Of a stretch of DNA of 32,000 nucleotides, positions 26,741-32,000 are shown one piece after another; the stretch's first letter is position 1, and each line of letters opens with the position of its first letter. Position numbers and translations under genes: made by a program. The notes beneath the pieces were generated by a model. It saw only the letters and a list, made by a program, of their open reading frames with translations. It searched no databases and was not told the origin of the DNA. The stretch comes from Pyrodictium abyssi. GTDB taxonomy: Archaea > Thermoproteota > Thermoprotei_A > Sulfolobales > Pyrodictiaceae. The stretch lies in contig NZ_AP028907.1 in NCBI RefSeq assembly GCF_036323395.1, positions 1,410,001 through 1,442,000 of the forward strand, written 5' to 3'.

Positions 26741-27598
26741 CTAGGACACGCCTATGACTATGGCCTGCATCCACTTGGCTCCAAGCATTCTCCTGGTTGT
26801 CCTGTACCCTTGGTCGCGCAGGAGAGCCTCTATGCCGGCAGGGTCTGTGAAGGGCGGATGAACCTCTACTATTATCTGCCTAACTGTGCTGGGTGCCAGT
26901 ACACCGTCTTCCGCGGCGTGTTCTAGGACTTCCCATTCTGCCCCCTCTATGTCGAGCTTAAGGAGGTCTACGAAGCCGACACTATGGTCCGCGAGTAGTT
27001 TCTTTAAGCTTATAGCAGGAATAGATAGCGTTTTCACCAGTTCATTCCCCATCATATCCACGTAACGTGGCTGCGTAGTAGTGTTAACCCATGGCTCGGT
27101 TACGTATATCTTCCGAATACAGTACCCGCAGCCACCTAGTGCCCGTGGGTCTACACGCGCCACGTTCTCAAGCATATTCAGCTCCAGGTTCCTGTATAGT
27201 ACTCTCCTTGCAAGAGGGTTTGGCTCAACAGCTATAACTAGCCCGTCACGCTGCATAGCAAGAGCCGCTCTCACCGTAAAGAAGCCGAGGTAGGCCCCTC
27301 CATCGACCACTGTGTTGCCCGGCTCGAGTCTGACAAGTGAGCCCACTTGGTAGTCGTTAATACAGTAGATGTGTAGTAGATTAGCCCACGCCTCTGGCAG
27401 CTGGCTACACGGCACCATAAAGGTTGCTTCTCCGAGCTTTACCTCCAGCTCACCCTTGCATCCATTGATAGTAGCGTCGAGAAGCTGCTCCACTATCTCG
27501 TCTTCTATGCAGCCTCTGGACGAGGCCACCAGCCACGCAAGGTGCTCTTCGTCTCTCGGCTCGGCGGCACCTTTTTCACGCAATGCCTCCTGGCCCAA
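26741..27598 (-). CDS. FkbM-family SAM-dependent methyltransferase
   Basis: 285 aa with SAM motif I VVDGGAYLGFFT. The later block LLKLDIEGAEWEVL is characteristic of the FkbM methyltransferase domain. Confidence 0.78.
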   Translation of the reverse strand: MGQEALREKGAAEPRDEEHLAWLVASSRGCIEDEIVEQLLDATINGCKGELEVKLGEATFMVPCSQLPEAWANLLHIYCINDYQVGSLVRLEPGNTVVDGGAYLGFFTVRAALAMQRDGLVIAVEPNPLARRVLYRNLELNMLENVARVDPRALGGCGYCIRKIYVTEPWVNTTTQPRYVDMMGNELVKTLSIPAISLKKLLADHSVGFVDLLKLDIEGAEWEVLEHAAEDGVLAPSTVRQIIVEVHPPFTDPAGIEALLRDQGYRTTRRMLGAKWMQAIVIGVS

Positions 27599-27883
27599 GG
27601 CTCTCCCGCTGCAGCTGTTAGACCCGTATAGCTCCTTCTACCTAGCCGTCTCCGCAGACACAGCATATATAGTGGAGCCTTGACCCACCAACTCTTGTCG
27701 GCACGAGACGCTTCTAAGCACTGCCGGGCGGGGATGAGGGCTGGGGGCTCCACGAGCCCCCTTCCTAGAGGGCTATGAAGAGGAGTCCCATCACCGACCC
27801 TCTCCTCTCGGGTTTCTCCGTAGCTCGGGTAGATGAGGAGCATTACCATAATAACGCCTCCCGGCGGCTATAGCAATGGTTCC

Positions 27884-27964
27884 TGGGAATGATGAACTGG
27901 GCCCTTACGGTTGCCCTCCGAAGACTCTCACGAGTCGGTGTGGATGGTTTCGCGCCCTGACCCA
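27884..27964 (+). ncRNA. Candidate K-turn / atypical C/D-box-like sRNA or structured 5' leader
   Basis: The 4-bp stem UGGG (27884..27887) / CCCA (27961..27964) brackets AAU-GAUGA (C box AUGAUGA at 27889..27895) and CUGA (27957..27960). This is a canonical K-turn arrangement. A TATA-like ATAATAAC lies at 27847..27854, about 30 nt upstream. The internal D'/C' elements are degenerate (CCGA 27918..27921, GGAUGG 27942..27947) and the spacers (22 and 9 nt) are non-standard. Confidence 0.3.
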
Positions 27965-27990
27965 CAGCACTACATGACGGTGACTATGGT

Positions 27991-29292
27991 ATGCGGGCTA
28001 GGATCGTCGAGTGCAGCAACGCCTCAGGCTCAGTGAGGGCCACGCCATCCCTATGGGACTCAATGGTTAAGATCGTTGCCGTGGCTGCCCGTGGCGGCGG
28101 CGAAGTAGACAATGTTAGGCGGGAGAGTAAGTGCATCCGTGGCCTCCTTAGGGCGTTACAGGGGCTGGGTTACCGTGTTGACTGGGTCTCCTCGACACGT
28201 GTATCGCTGCAGGAGGATGAAGGCCGAGCCCAGGCCAGGATTACTATCAACACTTCGTGTGGCCTGCTTGTGCCGGGCCTAGTGGCTCCACTGGCTGCTG
28301 TACGCCTACCGCCGGGAGGCCAGCTAGTTGTTAGAGGTACTAGCGAATACGTGCTATCGCTCAGCGTGAGGCACGTAATAGAGGCGGTGATAGCAGTAGG
28401 CGGACGGGCATGGCCCGGCGGGGGTCTCTCAAGGCTAGTAGTGGTCGAGCCTAGCGCGTATAGTCCTCGCGGGCGTATAGCCAGGCTGTATAGCCCTCCC
28501 GGCTTTGTAGCTGCCGGCGTCGTTGCCGCGCTCGCCGCGGCAGGCGGTGGCAGGCTAATAGCATATGGCACCGGGGTTAGAGGCACGAAGAGAATGGCTG
28601 CAATGATACACGCCCTTAGGCTTGCCGGCTTCGAGGTAGCAGAGAACAGTGCTGGCGTGCTAGTCACCCCCGCCAGCAGCGGCTCAGGGACGCTAACAGC
28701 GGAGCCAGGCATCCACGAAGCAGCTCTATTGATGGCACTTACCTCTCCATGCATAGGCGGCAAGATACTACTCGAAGGCTTACCAAGCCGGGACGAGGAC
28801 CTATCCGAGCTAGAGTACATACTAAAAGCTACAGGATTCAGCGTAGAAAGGGAGTGCAGTGACGCTTCGTGCAGTCTACGTATAGACTCGTTTGAACCCA
28901 CCTCAACTGTCATAACTGTCCAGGACGACCCCGGCTTCACATTGTTTGGTATAGCTTATACTGCTTCATGGTCTAGGCTAGTCGTCAGCGGGCTACGAGT
29001 TGCAGCACTAGAAGGCCTAGTGGATAACAAACTCGACGTGTTCCTCCAACAGCTCGGCGTCAACGCCTTCTACGAGGACGATGGCGACAAGCTCGTGGCT
29101 GAAGCCGAAGAACCCAGAGAGCCTAGGAGAAGACTTCTCGAATGCAGCGAGCCGGCGTACTGCGTAGCTGCATTGGCTAGGCTACTCCGACTTGGAGACG
29201 GCGTAGTAGAGGGCATTGAAAGGATAGATGACGTGGCGCCAGGCGTCTTGGAGGCTCTCCTCTCTCTCGGAGTAGGCGTGGATATAACATAG
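27991..29292 (+). CDS. EPSP synthase (AroA)/enolpyruvyl-transferase-fold protein, highly divergent, catalytic signature absent
   Basis: 433 aa, a typical AroA length. The block order is AroA-like: N-terminal G.V...PS......(hydrophobic)AA..GG, then LL.AL..LG, DDPG...F..A and a C-terminal ..LLSLGV.V. However, PSLWDSMVK replaces P(G/P)SKS...R and other substrate-binding blocks are not conserved. Confidence 0.55.
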   Translation: MRARIVECSNASGSVRATPSLWDSMVKIVAVAARGGGEVDNVRRESKCIRGLLRALQGLGYRVDWVSSTRVSLQEDEGRAQARITINTSCGLLVPGLVAPLAAVRLPPGGQLVVRGTSEYVLSLSVRHVIEAVIAVGGRAWPGGGLSRLVVVEPSAYSPRGRIARLYSPPGFVAAGVVAALAAAGGGRLIAYGTGVRGTKRMAAMIHALRLAGFEVAENSAGVLVTPASSGSGTLTAEPGIHEAALLMALTSPCIGGKILLEGLPSRDEDLSELEYILKATGFSVERECSDASCSLRIDSFEPTSTVITVQDDPGFTLFGIAYTASWSRLVVSGLRVAALEGLVDNKLDVFLQQLGVNAFYEDDGDKLVAEAEEPREPRRRLLECSEPAYCVAALARLLRLGDGVVEGIERIDDVAPGVLEALLSLGVGVDIT

Positions 29293-29359
29293 AATAACAT
29301 AGAAACGAACTATTATTGAGATATCGCGGTATCGACAACTGGTGCAGGTAAAAACGGTT

Positions 29360-29851
29360 TTAGCTAGACGGCATAAATGTATACCCTTCCATACTGCGTA
29401 GCTTAGAGCTGAATGTTGCTATCTTCTGTATACGGAGCTTTTCTGCCACTGCCAGCGTTATTGCGTCGCTGAGGCTTAGGTCATGCTTCTTTGCCAGCTC
29501 TACCGCTTTTGCTATGTCGTCCATACCCACTGTGTAGACTGTGAGCCTCCCGGTCCTGCTTAGCTGGGATAGGTATGCTGCTAGCTTCTCTACGGCTTCT
29601 AGGGCCTTGGCCCTTACATCCTTGTTGGATGCTAGCTTCTCTATGCTCTCTGCCACGCTTGCCCCGGTGGCAGCACTTGCAGCAGCTACAGCAGCCTTGG
29701 ATAGCGCCTCGACTACTGCTGTGCTCGGTATCACAAGGTCTTCGCTGCCCTCTTCGGCACGGCTGAATATGTTGACCGCGAAGTCTGCACCGGTCTTGCC
29801 TAGTAGGAGCCTTATGAGGACTGTAGAGTCTACCAGTATTGGGCCGACCAT
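29360..29851 (-). CDS. vapC: PIN-domain protein (VapC-like toxin)
   Basis: 163 aa with N-terminal ILVDSTVLI (first acidic residue), VVEAL, and LSLSDAITLAVAEKL (third acidic residue). It has an Ala-rich insertion in the middle. It lies directly downstream of an RHH antitoxin gene. Confidence 0.72.
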   Translation of the reverse strand: MVGPILVDSTVLIRLLLGKTGADFAVNIFSRAEEGSEDLVIPSTAVVEALSKAAVAAASAATGASVAESIEKLASNKDVRAKALEAVEKLAAYLSQLSRTGRLTVYTVGMDDIAKAVELAKKHDLSLSDAITLAVAEKLRIQKIATFSSKLRSMEGYTFMPSS

Positions 29852-29874
29852 CGTGCTACACCTCCATCATACTC

Positions 29875-30096
29875 TTAGCCTGGGAGAACAAACTTGTCGA
29901 TCTCCTCGGCCTCGATACTAGCTTCTATGAGGCCGCGGAGCTTCTTGACGTCTGGCGCCTTGGAGTAGTATATGAAGAGCTTCATAGCCTCCCTGATGGC
30001 CTCGCTCCTTGATAGGCCGTGCTCCTGTGCTACTCTATCAAACTCCCGTAGCAGCTCCTGTGGGACGCGGACGTAGATGGCCGACGCTGTGCTCAA
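29875..30096 (-). CDS. vapB: Ribbon-helix-helix (CopG/VapB-type) antitoxin
   Basis: 73 aa. IYVRVPQELLREFDRVAQEHGLSRSEAIREAM is a typical RHH fold sequence. It lies 23 nt upstream of the PIN gene. Confidence 0.78.
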   Translation of the reverse strand: MSTASAIYVRVPQELLREFDRVAQEHGLSRSEAIREAMKLFIYYSKAPDVKKLRGLIEASIEAEEIDKFVLPG

Positions 30097-30289
30097 GGAT
30101 CAATCACCTATAATGTTTTCATTGCCTTCTTGCTCGGGTATAGAGGAGAGGGCAAACCCAATATATATCTTTTTTATACAAGCAGCGATCCAATGTCTTA
30201 ACCCTTGTTTAAGATGCTGTGCTGGAGGCCGCCGACCTGGACGCAAAAATATAGGAGAACCGCGTGGACGCCGGTGCTGGGAGAGAGCC

Positions 30290-30496
30290 ATGCCCGTGAG
30301 CCGCAAGTACACGGCCTATAGGAAGGCGCTAGAACAGCTCAAGCTCCGCCAGCTAGACGTATTCAGGTACAAGGGCTACGACGAAATAAGAGTACTAACA
30401 CCGGATAACAAGGTGGTATTGATAAAGCTGCCAAAACACCGCGAAGAAATGACCATCGACGAGTTCATAGAGCATGTAAAGAAGTCGATAGCTTGA
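30290..30496 (+). CDS. Small hypothetical protein (68 aa)
   Basis: ATG 30290 is preceded by the TATA-like AAAAATATAG (30245..30254), about 40 nt upstream. The upstream 71 codons of the 139-aa track ORF are Cys/Arg/Pro-rich and look non-coding. Confidence 0.45.
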   Translation: MPVSRKYTAYRKALEQLKLRQLDVFRYKGYDEIRVLTPDNKVVLIKLPKHREEMTIDEFIEHVKKSIA

Positions 30497-30549
30497 TAAC
30501 ATTCTAGCTAGCTTTATACCCCATTCTTCGACTCACTAACGCCTGGCTA

Positions 30550-31560
30550 TTACCACGCTGGGGCGGTCTTACCCTTCACCGCCCTACTGCTATCACGTGC
30601 ATACCTTAAGCAATTTTGTATACCCTTCCGTGGTACTAGCTCTGGGCATCTCTCTATAGTGAAGCTGCACCTCCCCGACAAGTAGTCATCTAGGCTGCAG
30701 GGCTCTACGCGTACACGGTTTTCCTGAAGGACGCAGCGGGGCCCCGCGTACCGGAATATCTCTGGGTGAATTTCCACGAGCTTGTCATAGACGTTCCATG
30801 CCAGCATGCGTATCTCCCACTGAGCATGGCTACACATCCTAAGCGGTAGGAAGCTTTCAAGGAGCTCCCGCGCGTTCATGGTGAAGACTACCCGTGTACG
30901 GACAGCATGTGGTAGCACAAACCGCGCGTCCTCTCTCGGTACTCCTTTGGCAAGCATCTCGTAGTAGGCAGCAGTAGCGTTGAGATGTATGCGTACCTGC
31001 TGGAGGACCGTGTCCATGCTCCACCTCGGGTTTATCACATAGGCTCTGCTAACAGCTGCCACAATCCCGTCAACATGTGCTCCGTTACTCTCCCCTGCCA
31101 GTATTTGCTGTACTGCGTCGGCAGCCCGGCTTAGAGCCATGCTGTAGATGCTGTAGTCTACACTACTGCCCGGCTTCTCCGGACAGTTAACCCCGAGTAT
31201 GCTGCATATCTCCAGCACCATGCTTCTCAAGAATCCTTCTGTATACCTCATACTCTGCTGTGTATAGCTTGCTATCCGGTGGCGAACGAGCTGGTGGCTA
31301 CATACACGGCTGCAGACAGCCTCGAAAGTGTACACGGCGTGCTCTAGGGGGCTTCCATGCCCTCTACGTACAAGTTCACGTATCCATTTCTCGATATCGC
31401 TAGGCTGCATTTCCCAGGCCTTTTCCACCGGCTTCTTCGAGACTGTTATCCTGGCAGCTGCAGCGGCAAGGCGCGGAGCGTCACGGGTATATGAGATAAG
31501 CTTGACGCTAACCGGCGGCGCGATAGATGCTCTGCTAGTCGTTGCCTCTAATAGAGGCAT
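30550..31560 (-). CDS. thyX: FAD-dependent thymidylate synthase ThyX (long form)
   Basis: 336 aa with the ThyX motif RHRIASYTQQSMRY, plus HGSPLEHAVYTFE, GVPREDARFVLP, NARELL.F...R.CSHAQWEIR. Confidence 0.88.
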   Translation of the reverse strand: MPLLEATTSRASIAPPVSVKLISYTRDAPRLAAAAARITVSKKPVEKAWEMQPSDIEKWIRELVRRGHGSPLEHAVYTFEAVCSRVCSHQLVRHRIASYTQQSMRYTEGFLRSMVLEICSILGVNCPEKPGSSVDYSIYSMALSRAADAVQQILAGESNGAHVDGIVAAVSRAYVINPRWSMDTVLQQVRIHLNATAAYYEMLAKGVPREDARFVLPHAVRTRVVFTMNARELLESFLPLRMCSHAQWEIRMLAWNVYDKLVEIHPEIFRYAGPRCVLQENRVRVEPCSLDDYLSGRCSFTIERCPELVPRKGIQNCLRYARDSSRAVKGKTAPAW

Positions 31561-31679
31561 CTAGGCCCCGAAAAGTAGTACTGCAGTAAAACAGTGAGCG
31601 GAGAACTAAGACCCACGAGATAGTGATAAGCACCCTCACAGTTTTAATAGTGTATTCGCGGGGCTCGGCGTTACTACCC

Positions 31680-32000
31680 CTACATTTCGCATGTCTTACA
31701 TGTACTGTTCTCTGTGAGCTCTACTACTACCTCGCCCGTATCTGTTCGTGCTTCTTTTACCTCGAACAACTCCCTAGCTCTTCCATCCATCTCAAGCTCC
31801 TCTGGCCTAGCTCTTTTCCTTAAGTGCATCATCCTCATCTTCCGGCGTGGCTGCTCTTGGCTCTTCTTGCGCCGCCTTATAGGCTTGGTTGACAAGCTCT
31901 TCTGCTCGCCGCCGAAGTAGATTACCTGGAGGCCCTTGCTGCCGTCGCGGTAGACGGTTACACCCTTCAGGCCGCCCAGCCAGGCCACTAGGTAGGCGGT
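31680..32000 (-). CDS. nrdJ: Ribonucleotide reductase (class II, NrdJ-like), C-terminal fragment running off the window
   Basis: The frame is open to position 32000. It reads ...[25 protein letters not shown], the conserved RNR C-terminal block, and has a C-terminal CxxC (CKTCEM) tail. Confidence 0.75.
   Translation of the reverse strand, partial: TAYLVAWLGGLKGVTVYRDGSKGLQVIYFGGEQKSLSTKPIRRRKKSQEQPRRKMRMMHLRKRARPEELEMDGRARELFEVKEARTDTGEVVVELTENSTCKTCEM

Noticed and set aside
30077-30289. N-terminal half of the 139-aa ORF overlapping the vapB start and promoter region
   Set aside because: It has implausible composition (Cys/Arg/Pro) and spans the AT-rich intergenic promoter region. A good TATA plus ATG defines a 68-aa ORF at 30290 instead.
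1-32000. CRISPR arrays, rRNA genes, IS transposases or integrases
   Set aside because: No regularly spaced direct repeats, rRNA-like sequence or transposase/integrase-like ORFs were seen on either strand. The only mobile-element signature is the intron-borne LAGLIDADG gene.

Overview
GC-rich archaeal chromosome segment. GC looks like 55-60% by eye; I did not compute it. Gene content, frequent TTG/GTG starts and TATA-like boxes about 25-45 nt upstream of starts suggest a hyperthermophilic crenarchaeon, possibly Desulfurococcales-like (inference only). Most of the window is housekeeping: cdd, gatB, gcvT, a hemL-hemC-SUMT-hemD tetrapyrrole operon, an HDAC-family deacetylase, a CBS protein, aEF-2, short-form XPF, a NOL1/NOP2/Sun RNA methyltransferase, RNase HII, a ClC channel, an MBL hydrolase with an ABC-2 transporter, an FkbM methyltransferase, a degenerate EPSP-synthase-fold protein, vapBC, thyX and the 3' end of nrdJ. 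The stand-out locus is 4762..5564. It is a tRNA-Gln(UUG) gene split at the canonical 37/38 position by a 727-nt intron with a textbook bulge-helix-bulge splice motif. The intron ends are clamped by a 24-bp GC-rich helix. The intron is almost filled by a two-motif LAGLIDADG homing-endonuclease gene on the strand opposite the tRNA. That gene has its own AT-rich, apparently bidirectional promoter and is broken by a +1 frameshift in a T5 run. The layout resembles an intermediate between an intron-containing tRNA gene and a split tRNA gene. Secondary observations: an untracked 53-aa C2H2 zinc-finger ORF, two C/D-box or K-turn sRNA candidates with upstream TATA boxes, an EPSPS-fold protein lacking the catalytic signature, and several structured ORF-free intergenic regions. 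No CRISPR array, rRNA gene or transposase was seen. Everything was read by eye, with no searches or folding programs.
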